Assembly: GCA_963733295.1 (NCBI GenBank)
Contig: CAVTCS010000003.1
Coordinates: forward strand, 224,001-288,000
Source: Vulcanimicrobiota bacterium
GTDB taxonomy: Bacteria; Vulcanimicrobiota; Vulcanimicrobiia; Vulcanimicrobiales; Vulcanimicrobiaceae
Length of the DNA: 64,000 nt
Direction: 5' to 3'
Below, in pieces: positions 49,589-57,866 of this stretch. The notes beneath the pieces are model-generated. The model made no database searches, was not told where the DNA came from, and saw only the letters and a list, made by a program, of their open reading frames with translations. Within the stretch, counting starts at the first letter, position 1, and the number at the start of each line of letters is the position of its first letter. The position numbers were made by a program, and so were the translations under genes.

Positions 49589-51051
49589 ATCCGGCGCAGT
49601 TCTTCGCGCGTCTGCGCGAGTTCGCGTCGCGCCGGCGCTCGTTCGGCGTCGCACTCGCAGCCGCGGCGCTGGTTTCGATCGCACTCGCTCTCGCGTTGCA
49701 GCGCGACTCGCGCGTCGACCTGTTCGCGGTCGCGCTGCGGCCGGAACAGATCACCGAAGTGGTCGAACGCCTGGCCGATTGGAACGTCGCCTTCGTGACG
49801 AGTGCCGACAACGTGCGAGTCGACGCGCGCCGCCGCAACGAACTGCTTTTGCGCCTTTCGCTGGCGGGCGTCCCCCACGCGCATCTGGACGGCACCCGCG
49901 AACTTCTAGAAAAAGTCAATCCGCTGACGCCGCAAAGCGTGCTCGACGCGCAACAGCGCGACGGGCTTGCCGACGATCTCGCCGCTAGCCTGCGCGGCCT
50001 TCCCGGTGTCGCCGACGCGCGCGTCATCATCGCGCCCGCCCAGGAGGGCGCTTTCGTCGGAGAGACATCGCGTCAAGCGAGTGCCAGCGTTCGCGTCGTG
50101 CTCGCTCCGGGCGCGACGCTTTCGCGCGATACGGCGGCTGGGATTCGCGCGTTCGTCGCGGCCGGCGTGCCCGGCCTCGAAGCGAAGCGCGTCGCTCTTC
50201 TGGATGACCGCGGCGCCGTACCGGGCGACGGCGCACCGGCCGCCGACCGCGACGAAGAGTTAGGCGCCTCGCTCCAATCGGTTCTCGATGCGGCTTTCGG
50301 AACGGGCGCGACCATCGTGCGCGTGCACCTGTCGTTCGATCCGCGCTCGCGCCAGGTCGACGAACGCGTCGCCAAGCCGCTCGGATCGCACCCGCTTCGA
50401 ACGGCGAACACCGACGAGCGTTACTCGAGCGTGCAAAAGCGCTACTCGAAGGCGAGTGCGAACGAAGAGAACGGCAGCGATGTCGAGGAAACGCGAACGG
50501 AGATTCCCGCCGGCCGGATCGCCCGAACTTCGGTGGCGATAGCGGTCGACGCGGCGCGCCGCCTCGATCTCAGCAAGATTCGCTCGCTCGCCATCGCGAC
50601 GCTTGGGCTCGAACCCTCGCGCGGCGATCGGGTGAGCGTCGAAGAGATCGCGTTCGCCGCTGCGCCGGTGCGCAAAGCGCCGTTCCTCGCGCTCGCGGCG
50701 GACGCGTTGGCCCGGCTCGTCGTTCCTCTGCTTGCGGCCGGGGCCGGGTTGGCTGGGTTGCGCTACGCTCCCAGGCCGGTCGCGCGAGCTTGGATCGCAT
50801 TGACGCGTTCGCTCGAAGTGCGCCGCGCTTCGCGTGCGGTTGCCGGTTTCGCGCCGTCTCAAGTTCGCGGCGTGCTGCGCGACGAACCTCCGCACACCGT
50901 CGCCGCGATCATCAGCGCGCTTCCCGCCGCGACCGCGACGGCGGTGCTGGAAATGTATCCGCCCGAAGAGCGCGCGCAGATCGTCGCGCGGATGGCGCGC
51001 GCCGTTGCGCCGGTGATTCCCGACTACGAGGCGGTGCTGCGGCGTGGCTGA
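49585..51051 (+). CDS. fliF: FliF-like MS-ring protein fused to a FliG middle-domain fragment
   Basis: TM1; ring-building motifs (LAASLRGLPGVADARVII, ASASVRV, VAAGVPGL..VALLDDRG, RGDRVSV); TM2; then LRDEPPHTVAAIISALP..VLEMYPPEERAQIVARMA (FliG EHPQ region). Confidence 0.85.
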   Translation: MNPAQFFARLREFASRRRSFGVALAAAALVSIALALALQRDSRVDLFAVALRPEQITEVVERLADWNVAFVTSADNVRVDARRRNELLLRLSLAGVPHAHLDGTRELLEKVNPLTPQSVLDAQQRDGLADDLAASLRGLPGVADARVIIAPAQEGAFVGETSRQASASVRVVLAPGATLSRDTAAGIRAFVAAGVPGLEAKRVALLDDRGAVPGDGAPAADRDEELGASLQSVLDAAFGTGATIVRVHLSFDPRSRQVDERVAKPLGSHPLRTANTDERYSSVQKRYSKASANEENGSDVEETRTEIPAGRIARTSVAIAVDAARRLDLSKIRSLAIATLGLEPSRGDRVSVEEIAFAAAPVRKAPFLALAADALARLVVPLLAAGAGLAGLRYAPRPVARAWIALTRSLEVRRASRAVAGFAPSQVRGVLRDEPPHTVAAIISALPAATATAVLEMYPPEERAQIVARMARAVAPVIPDYEAVLRRG

Positions 51052-51502
51052 GGGTTTCGTCTCGCTCGCCTCGCAGCTGCGTGCGACGCAGACGCCATCC
51101 GACACCCCGGTCGTTCCCCCGCCGGCTCGCGCGACGCTCGGGAGCGAGCGTGTCGTCGAGGACCTCGCGCTGCTTCGATTGGCGGCCTTGGAGAGCTTCG
51201 AACGCGCGCGCGCCCGCATGCTCGAAGTACTCGCACGCGAAGTGCTCGCCCGCGAGCTCATGCTCGCCCCGGCCGACCTCGACGCGCTCGCCGCGCGAGC
51301 GCTGCGTACGTTCGCGGACAGCGAGCCGCTCGCGCTGGTCGTAGCGCCGGCCGACGCCGAGCGCGTTTCTTCGCCGCTTCCCGTACGCGTCGATCCCTCG
51401 CTGGTTGCCGGAGACCTCCTAATCGCCGTACGCGACGGCGAGATCGACGCGAGGTTCGAGTTGCGACTCAGCGAAGCGACGCGCGTCGCGGAGCTCAGCT
51501 GA
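51044..51502 (+). CDS. fliH: Short FliH/SctL-like protein
   Basis: LAREVLAREL and VRVDPSLVAGDLLIAVRDGEIDARFELRL C-terminal domain; directly before fliI. Confidence 0.75.
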   Translation: MAEGFVSLASQLRATQTPSDTPVVPPPARATLGSERVVEDLALLRLAALESFERARARMLEVLAREVLARELMLAPADLDALAARALRTFADSEPLALVVAPADAERVSSPLPVRVDPSLVAGDLLIAVRDGEIDARFELRLSEATRVAELS

Positions 51503-52749
51503 TCGCGCGCGGCACCGGCGTCGTCGTGCGCACGCAGGGCGACGCGATTTTCGCCGCGTTGCCGCTAGCGAGAGTCGGTGACGGCGTGCGCATTCGCACA
51601 TCGCATGCGTGGCTTGACGGTGAAGTCGTCGCCGTCGAACGGCGGCGTACCGCGATCGTGACCTTCGCCGCGGCAACCGGCATCGCGGTAGGAGATCGCG
51701 TCGAAGTCGCGCCGGCGGCTCTCGCCTGCGTCGCGGGCTTCGGCGCGCTGGGCAGGGCGGTCGACGCGAATGGCCGGCCGCTCGACGGAAAAGGTCCGCT
51801 GCACGGCTCGGCGGTGCGCTTCGGTGCTTCGGCGGCGCCTTCGCCCGACGTTCGGCGCGCGGTGGATGCGCCGCTCTGGACCGGCCTGCGCGTCATCGAC
51901 GGGCTGTTGACCGTCGGCCGCGGGGCGCGCGTCGGTATTTTCGGTGCCGCCGGCACCGGCAAATCGGCGCTCTTGGAGAGCATCGCGCGCGGAGCACGAA
52001 GCGACGCACTCGTCATCGCGCTTGTCGGCGAACGCGGACGCGAAGCACAAACCTGGCTCGCGCGCGTGGACCCGCGCACGACGCTGGTGTGCGCGACCAG
52101 CGATCGCAGTCCGGCGGAACGCATTCGAGCTGCGGAGGTCGCGTTCGCGCAAGCGACCGCTCTACGCGCCGGCGGCTTGCACGTCACCCTCGTCTTCGAC
52201 AGCTTAGCGCGCTACGTCGATGCCTTGCGCGAGCAGCGCGTCGCCCTCGGCGAACCGGCCGGGCAGCGCGGCTATCCCGCCGGCGTGTGGCTCGCGCTGG
52301 CGCGATTACTCGAGCGAGCTGGAACGACGGAGCGCGGCTCGATCACGCTGCTGGCCACGGTTCTCGCCGAGAGCGGCGACGAAAGCGATCCGCTGGCCGA
52401 AGCGGCGCGCTCGCTGCTCGACGGACACATCGTCCTCTCGCGCGCGCGGGCGCAAGCCGGCCGGTTCCCCGCGGTCGACGTTTTGGCGAGTGCCAGCCGG
52501 ACGATGGCCGCCGTCGTCGACGGCGCGCACCTCGACGCGGCGGCACGGGTGCGTGCGACGCTCGCGCTCTTGGCGGAAAGTGAGGACTTTCGTGCAGCCG
52601 GCGTAGCCGACGCGAGCGATCCGACGTTGCGGCGCGCGCTAGAGGCCGAACCTGCGATCGAAGCTTTTCTCCGCCAGCGCGATCCGGAGGATCGCACGGC
52701 GGTGCTGACGGCGCTCGCCGCGCTCGCCCGGGAATGCGCCGGCGCATGA
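51499..52749 (+). CDS. fliI: FliI/SctN type III export ATPase
   Basis: TGLRVIDGLLTVGRGARVGIFGAAGTGKS, LVGERGRE, DSLAR, LLERAG, RSLLDGHIVLSR; start CTG 51499 or GTG 51526. Confidence 0.93.
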   Translation: MIARGTGVVVRTQGDAIFAALPLARVGDGVRIRTSHAWLDGEVVAVERRRTAIVTFAAATGIAVGDRVEVAPAALACVAGFGALGRAVDANGRPLDGKGPLHGSAVRFGASAAPSPDVRRAVDAPLWTGLRVIDGLLTVGRGARVGIFGAAGTGKSALLESIARGARSDALVIALVGERGREAQTWLARVDPRTTLVCATSDRSPAERIRAAEVAFAQATALRAGGLHVTLVFDSLARYVDALREQRVALGEPAGQRGYPAGVWLALARLLERAGTTERGSITLLATVLAESGDESDPLAEAARSLLDGHIVLSRARAQAGRFPAVDVLASASRTMAAVVDGAHLDAAARVRATLALLAESEDFRAAGVADASDPTLRRALEAEPAIEAFLRQRDPEDRTAVLTALAALARECAGA

Positions 52750-53237
52750 CGGTCGGACAAGATCTTGCCGCGACCGAGCGGCGCGTCGCGCAGCTCGGCG
52801 GCGATTTACCGAGTCCTCCCGTTCCCGCCGTCTTCACGCGCGCGGTGCACGGTTCGCTTGCGGCGCTGATCCGGCGCGAGGCGCTCGCGGCGGGCGTCGA
52901 TCCGGCGCTGATAAGCGCCGTGGTCGCGAACGAATCGGGCTTCGATCCGTCCGCCACATCGAGGGCGGGTGCGGCAGGCCTCATGCAGCTCATGCCCGCG
53001 ACCGCCGCCGCGCTGGGTGTCACGGACCGGTACGACCCCGTGCAGAACGTGCGAGGTGGTGCCACGTATCTGCGCTCCCTCATCGAACGCTTCGGAGCCG
53101 ACCTTCCCACCGCGCTGGCGGCGTACAACGCCGGCCCCGGCACGGTCGAACGCCGGCGCGGGCTGCCCCCGTTTCCCGAAACGCAGCGCTACGTGGAGCG
53201 CGTCCTGGCAACGTACCACCGTCTTTTGCGTCGCTAG
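52746..53237 (+). CDS. Lytic transglycosylase (SLT domain)
   Basis: AVVANESGFDP, GAAGLMQLMPAT, LAAYNAGPG, ETQRYV. Confidence 0.92.
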   Translation: MTVGQDLAATERRVAQLGGDLPSPPVPAVFTRAVHGSLAALIRREALAAGVDPALISAVVANESGFDPSATSRAGAAGLMQLMPATAAALGVTDRYDPVQNVRGGATYLRSLIERFGADLPTALAAYNAGPGTVERRRGLPPFPETQRYVERVLATYHRLLRR

Positions 53238-54771
53238 TCTCGCGCTCGCGCTGCTCGTTCCGGCCGGCAGTGCCGGCGCCCCCGCTGACCAGCCGGTTTC
53301 ACTGAACGAGATTCTCGCGAACTACCTTCGCGCGACGACCGACCCGGGCGCAGCCCCGATCGTGCGCCTCGAGTCGAGCGGGACGGTCACTGGAGCGGGT
53401 CTGGGCGGCTCCTTTCATACGTGGATCGATGGAAACGACGAGCGTGACGATCAAAGCTTGGGTCCGCGTTTTGATTCGGTGCTGCGGCTCAACGACGAAG
53501 TGTACGACCGCGACGCGAACGGGGCGGTCCGGCGTTTCACCGGCTTGATGTTGCGCCGGACCCGGACCGACCGCTTCATCGATTCGGGCGACTTTGCCAA
53601 GGTTCCAGAACGCGTGACCTTGCGCGGGCGCACGAACCTGTCGGGCCGGCGCGCCTTCATACTCGACGTGAACGCGGAAGGAGGCGAGGTGGAAACGCTC
53701 TATCTCGACGCCGAGAGTTGGTTACCGCTCCAAATCGCGTACGACGACGACGACGGTCGAACCACGATCGATCTTTCGGACTGGCGCAGCGTCGGCGGCC
53801 ACCGTTTTCCATTCCGCTCGATTCAATCCGACGGGGATCACGCGTACGATCTCACCCAGACGACTTCCGAGATGAAACTCGAGGGTCCGATCGATGCGGC
53901 GATCTTCGTGCTGCCGCAATCGCGTCCGATCGCAATGAGCGGGCCCCAAACGGTCCCCATTAAGCTCCGCAACGGGCATCTGTTCGCGCCGGTGAGCATC
54001 GCCGGAAAGACGTATTCGTTCCTGCTCGACACTGGCGCGCAAGATATCGTGCTCGACGCGCGCATCGCGCGCGAGGCGGGCCTTGAAGCCGAGGGCGCGC
54101 TGGAAGCGAGCGGCGCGACGCGAACCAGCGGCCTGAAAGTGCTGAGGGTTCCCGAGCTCGACGTGGGCGACGGGCGCATGCGCGACCTTGTCGCAACGAG
54201 CCTCGATCTGAACGCGTCGAGCAACGGCGCATTCAAGATCGACGGTATTCTCGGCTACCCGTTCTTCGCTGCGGCCACGGTACGCATCGATCCGGTCGCT
54301 ATGACGATGACCTTCGGGCCTCCCGGCAGCGTTCCGGTCGTCGGCGACGCTTTGCCGATCGAGACGGATCGTGCTTTTCCGGAAGCGCACGCGCGCTTGA
54401 ACACGGCGGTCGACGGCCTCTTCATCGTCGATACCGGAAACGCCGGATCGATGCTCCTTTACGCGCCGTTCTTCGCGAAGCACTCCGCCCTGGTCGACCC
54501 GCCCACGACGTGGCGTCAAAATTACGGGATCGGCGGTGCGACCGGTTCGATGGCGGCGAACATGAACACCGTCGAGTTCGGCGGCGTTTCGCTCTACCAC
54601 GTCGACACCGACATCATGCGCTCGAAGAGCGGCGCCTTTGCCGACCAGTTCGATGCGGGAAACCTCGGACTCGGCATCCTGCTCAACTTCGTCGTGACGT
54701 TCGACGAGAGCCGCAACGCGATGTATCTGCAGAAGAGCTCGGCTTTCGACGACGGCCGCTCGAAGCACTGA
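53191..54771 (+). CDS. Exported protein with twin retropepsin-like aspartyl protease domains
   Basis: FLLDTGA..DGILG and FIVDTGN..GNLGLGIL; signal-like hydrophobic stretch at ~53221-53280; start codon unresolved (ORF open from 52969). Confidence 0.8.
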   Translation, partial: TWSASWQRTTVFCVASLALALLVPAGSAGAPADQPVSLNEILANYLRATTDPGAAPIVRLESSGTVTGAGLGGSFHTWIDGNDERDDQSLGPRFDSVLRLNDEVYDRDANGAVRRFTGLMLRRTRTDRFIDSGDFAKVPERVTLRGRTNLSGRRAFILDVNAEGGEVETLYLDAESWLPLQIAYDDDDGRTTIDLSDWRSVGGHRFPFRSIQSDGDHAYDLTQTTSEMKLEGPIDAAIFVLPQSRPIAMSGPQTVPIKLRNGHLFAPVSIAGKTYSFLLDTGAQDIVLDARIAREAGLEAEGALEASGATRTSGLKVLRVPELDVGDGRMRDLVATSLDLNASSNGAFKIDGILGYPFFAAATVRIDPVAMTMTFGPPGSVPVVGDALPIETDRAFPEAHARLNTAVDGLFIVDTGNAGSMLLYAPFFAKHSALVDPPTTWRQNYGIGGATGSMAANMNTVEFGGVSLYHVDTDIMRSKSGAFADQFDAGNLGLGILLNFVVTFDESRNAMYLQKSSAFDDGRSKH

Positions 54772-54857
54772 GGCTCGTTCATTTTGGCGTAACGGTTCGG
54801 CGATGCGTCGGGAATCTCGGCGCGATATCGTCCCTTCACTTCGTGTGAGGACGACCG

Positions 54858-55400
54858 ATGACTGTTGCCAACGACATCGCCGCGGTACGCGCGCGGCTCC
54901 CATACTTCGATCGCCGCGCGCTCTCGCAGGCCTGGTTCTCCGCCTTTCATCTGGCGAGCGACGCGACGCCGCCGGCGGCCGTCAAACACGCCTTCGCCAT
55001 CTGCGAAGGCGCCTCGGGCGGCCCGCTTCCGCGAAACGCGACGTTCCAGCGCCGGACGCCGAGCCTCGTCCCTTTCGCCGTCCCCAGACCTGTGCGGTGG
55101 CTCGAGGGCGTGGGCGCGAGTCGGCCGGCGGATCCGGCGCGCCGGGGCGAACGCGTCGCGACGCACTTTGAAGCTGCGCGGCGCTTCCCGCCGCTGCGCG
55201 CGAGCTTTACGATTGCGATCGAGGGCGCGCGCGTCCAGATCTTGTTGCGGCGCGAGGGTCAAGCCTTACACGTCGTGGCGCTGTGCACGCGGCGCCATCT
55301 CGAACTGGTGCGCCGAGCTCTGGCGTGCGCCGGCTTCGCACTGCGTGCGCAAGGCGAGGAGGTGCGCTCGTCGCTGCGCGCGTCGCAGGTGTCCGAGTGA
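54858..55400 (+). CDS. Short FliK/SctP-like protein (putative length-control C-terminal domain)
   Basis: C-terminal GARVQILLRREGQALHVVALC..LELVRRAL..ALRAQG beta-beta-helix pattern after a Pro/Ala-rich linker; sits in the fliK slot of the operon. Confidence 0.45.
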   Translation: MTVANDIAAVRARLPYFDRRALSQAWFSAFHLASDATPPAAVKHAFAICEGASGGPLPRNATFQRRTPSLVPFAVPRPVRWLEGVGASRPADPARRGERVATHFEAARRFPPLRASFTIAIEGARVQILLRREGQALHVVALCTRRHLELVRRALACAGFALRAQGEEVRSSLRASQVSE

Positions 55401-56116
55401 TCGACGCGACGACCGCCGACGCCCTGTCGCGCGTCGCGAGCCGCGCGCGGGACCTCCTGCAAGCCTATCGCGGCGGTTTCGAACCGGCGGCCGGCGACGC
55501 CACGATTCGCGGAACTGCTTCCGCTCCGGCTCTCGATCCGCTGAGCGTCGTCGCGCCCGAAGGAACGTTTTTCGTCACCCGCGCCACCAGCGGAGCGCCG
55601 CTTCTCTCGCGCGACGGCACGTTCGGATTCGTCGACGGCGAGTTGCGCAGCTCGGACGGCGGCGTCGCGCTCGGTACGACCGACGCGACGAAGACCTTGC
55701 GGCCGCTGCGAATCGAACCCGTTGACGCGGCGCTCGGTCGCGTGACGGCGCCGCGCATCGAGGCCGACGGCAGCGTCTGCTATACGCGCAGCAGCTTCGA
55801 TCCGCGCAACGGCGAGCGGCGCAGCGAGCGCGTTTCAATCGGCCGATTGACGCTGACGCGATTGCCCGCCGGAACGCTTCCCGAACGCGTCGACGCAACC
55901 CACGTGCGCGCGCCGCGCGGAGTTTTGCCGCTCGTCGGACACCCTTCCGATGGGACGTTCGCGCCGCTCACGCTGCACGCTCGCGACCTCGGACGATTGA
56001 ACGTCGTGGCCGGACTGCAGCGCCTTGCGGAGGCGTACCTCTCGCTCGAAGCGCTCCTTTCGGCGCATCACGCCCGGGGTGGAACCGACAAGGCGGCGAT
56101 GGACTTGGTGAAGTGA
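55397..56116 (+). CDS. Divergent FlgE/FlgF/FlgG-family rod/hook protein
   Basis: DPLSVVAPEGTFFV..LSRDGTFGFVDGELRSSDG and C-terminal NVVAGLQRLAEAY helix. Confidence 0.7.
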   Translation: MIDATTADALSRVASRARDLLQAYRGGFEPAAGDATIRGTASAPALDPLSVVAPEGTFFVTRATSGAPLLSRDGTFGFVDGELRSSDGGVALGTTDATKTLRPLRIEPVDAALGRVTAPRIEADGSVCYTRSSFDPRNGERRSERVSIGRLTLTRLPAGTLPERVDATHVRAPRGVLPLVGHPSDGTFAPLTLHARDLGRLNVVAGLQRLAEAYLSLEALLSAHHARGGTDKAAMDLVK

Positions 56117-56904
56117 TCGCAGCGCTGCGTTTCGGCGCGGCCCGCGCGGAGGGCGGCCGGCAGCTCCGTCCTGCGTTCTTTGCGCTTCGTTCGACGCTGC
56201 CGCTTTCGGCGGCGAGCGTCGTCGCAAACGGCGTTCGCGAGAGCTTGGGGCGGTTGCTCGGCCGCGAATGCGAAGTCGAACTGCTCGAACCGGTCGTGCC
56301 CGGACCCGACGAACGCCGCGTGCTCGCCGGCGGGGCGCTCGTGCGCCGGGTTCGTGGCCGCCGAGCCGACGGTTTTGTGATCTTACGCGCCGCCGACGCC
56401 GCGAAGCTCGCCGGACTCGCGTTCGGAGAACCGCATCGTCCGCTCGCGGCGCCCCTGTCGGAACTCGAGCGAGAGACGCTGGATCGCGTGCTGGCGGTCC
56501 TCGTTCCGTTGTGCGCGTCGCTGTGCGGCACGCTCGGCCCCGCCGAACGCGACGCCGGCGACGTCGCTGCGGAAATCGCAAGTTACTTCGAGGTACGGAC
56601 GCTGGGCTCGCCGCGCATTGCCGTCGGCTTCGGCCTTAGCCTCGATCCGCCGGAGGAGGCCGGCCCTCCACTGACGCTCGACGATCTCGGCGACGTCGAA
56701 GTTTCGGGCAGCGTGCGCTTCGCAATCGGAGCGCTCCCGGTACCGCGATTCGCGCGGCTCGCGTGCGGTGCCGTGCTGCCGCTCGAAACGCAACTCGACG
56801 CACCCGCGCTGCTCTGCGTAGGCGGGACTCCCGTCGCGCGCGGCGAGGCGGGCTCGAGCGGCGGTAGCCGCGCGTTCGCCGTTCGCTCGCGCTGCGCGTC
56901 GTGA
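56113..56904 (+). CDS. Divergent FliM/SctQ-like C-ring protein
   Basis: C-terminal SpoA-like LGDVEV..LACGAVLPLET..VGGTPVARGEAG; PLSELERETL resembles the FliM middle domain; precedes fliN. Confidence 0.65.
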   Translation: MIAALRFGAARAEGGRQLRPAFFALRSTLPLSAASVVANGVRESLGRLLGRECEVELLEPVVPGPDERRVLAGGALVRRVRGRRADGFVILRAADAAKLAGLAFGEPHRPLAAPLSELERETLDRVLAVLVPLCASLCGTLGPAERDAGDVAAEIASYFEVRTLGSPRIAVGFGLSLDPPEEAGPPLTLDDLGDVEVSGSVRFAIGALPVPRFARLACGAVLPLETQLDAPALLCVGGTPVARGEAGSSGGSRAFAVRSRCAS

Positions 56905-57170
56905 GCGAGGGCGATGAGACGCACCGTCTCGAGCTCTTGATGAACGTTCCGCTGGCGGTCACGGCCGAACTCGGACGCTGCACCCTGCGCATCAGCGAAT
57001 TGCTCAAACTCGGCGCAGGTTCGATCGTCCAGCTCGACCGCGCGGCCGGTGCCCCGGTCGACGTGCTGGTGAACAACCGGCTCGTCGCGCACGGCGAGGT
57101 GATCGCCGTCGACGACCGGTTCGGCGTGCGGATCACCGACGTCGTCGCACGCCGTACGCAGAGCTCGTAG
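56901..57170 (+). CDS. fliN: FliN C-ring protein
   Basis: LLMNVPLAVTAELGR..LLKLGAGSIVQLDRAAGAPVDVLVN..GEVIAVDDRFGVRIT. Confidence 0.93.
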   Translation: MSEGDETHRLELLMNVPLAVTAELGRCTLRISELLKLGAGSIVQLDRAAGAPVDVLVNNRLVAHGEVIAVDDRFGVRITDVVARRTQSS

Positions 57171-57171
57171 A

Positions 57172-57831
57172 GTGTTCGCCTTCACCTCGCTCGAACACGC
57201 CGCGCGTCCGGGCTTACCGCTCGAGATCTTGGGCGCGCTCACCCTGCTCGCCATCGCACCCTTCCTCTTCGTGATGACGACCTCGTTCGTTCGCATTGCG
57301 GTCGTCCTGTCGCTCGTGCGTTCGGCGCTCGGCGCTTCGTCGCTCCCGCCGAACGCCGTCCTCACGGGCCTCGCACTCGTGCTGACCTTCGTCGTCATGA
57401 CGCCGACCCTCGAGCGCGTTTCGCGCGAGGCCGTCACGCCGTACGTCGCGGGTCGAATCTCGCAGACGCGCATGCTCGAACGCGCCTTCGTTCCTTTGCG
57501 CGATTTCATGCTGCGTCAAACTCACGCCAAGGATCTCGCGCTCTTCGGCCGGCTCGCTCACGCGCGCGACCTGACCGCGCGGAACGTCTCGCCGGCGGTG
57601 CTTTTGCCGGCCTTCGTCGTGGGCGAGCTGCGCAGCGCGTTCGCAATCGGCTTCGCGCTCTACCTCCCGTTCATCGCCATCGATCTCGCCGTCGCCTCGA
57701 TTTTGATGGGCCTCGGGATGTTCATGTTGAGTCCGCCGATCGTCTCGTTGCCTTGCAAGCTGCTGCTTTTCGTAATGCTCGACGGCTGGGCGCTGGTCTG
57801 CGGCGGAGTCGTCTCGAGCTTTCGCTCGTAA
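57172..57831 (+). CDS. fliP: FliP export gate protein
   Basis: MTTSFVRIAVVLSLVRSALG..PPN, PAFVVGELRSAF, YLPFIAIDL, SLPCKLLLFVMLDGW. Confidence 0.95.
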   Translation: MFAFTSLEHAARPGLPLEILGALTLLAIAPFLFVMTTSFVRIAVVLSLVRSALGASSLPPNAVLTGLALVLTFVVMTPTLERVSREAVTPYVAGRISQTRMLERAFVPLRDFMLRQTHAKDLALFGRLAHARDLTARNVSPAVLLPAFVVGELRSAFAIGFALYLPFIAIDLAVASILMGLGMFMLSPPIVSLPCKLLLFVMLDGWALVCGGVVSSFRS

Positions 57832-57866
57832 GGTACCCACGGGGTCGCGCACGAAGCTACGGGAGG

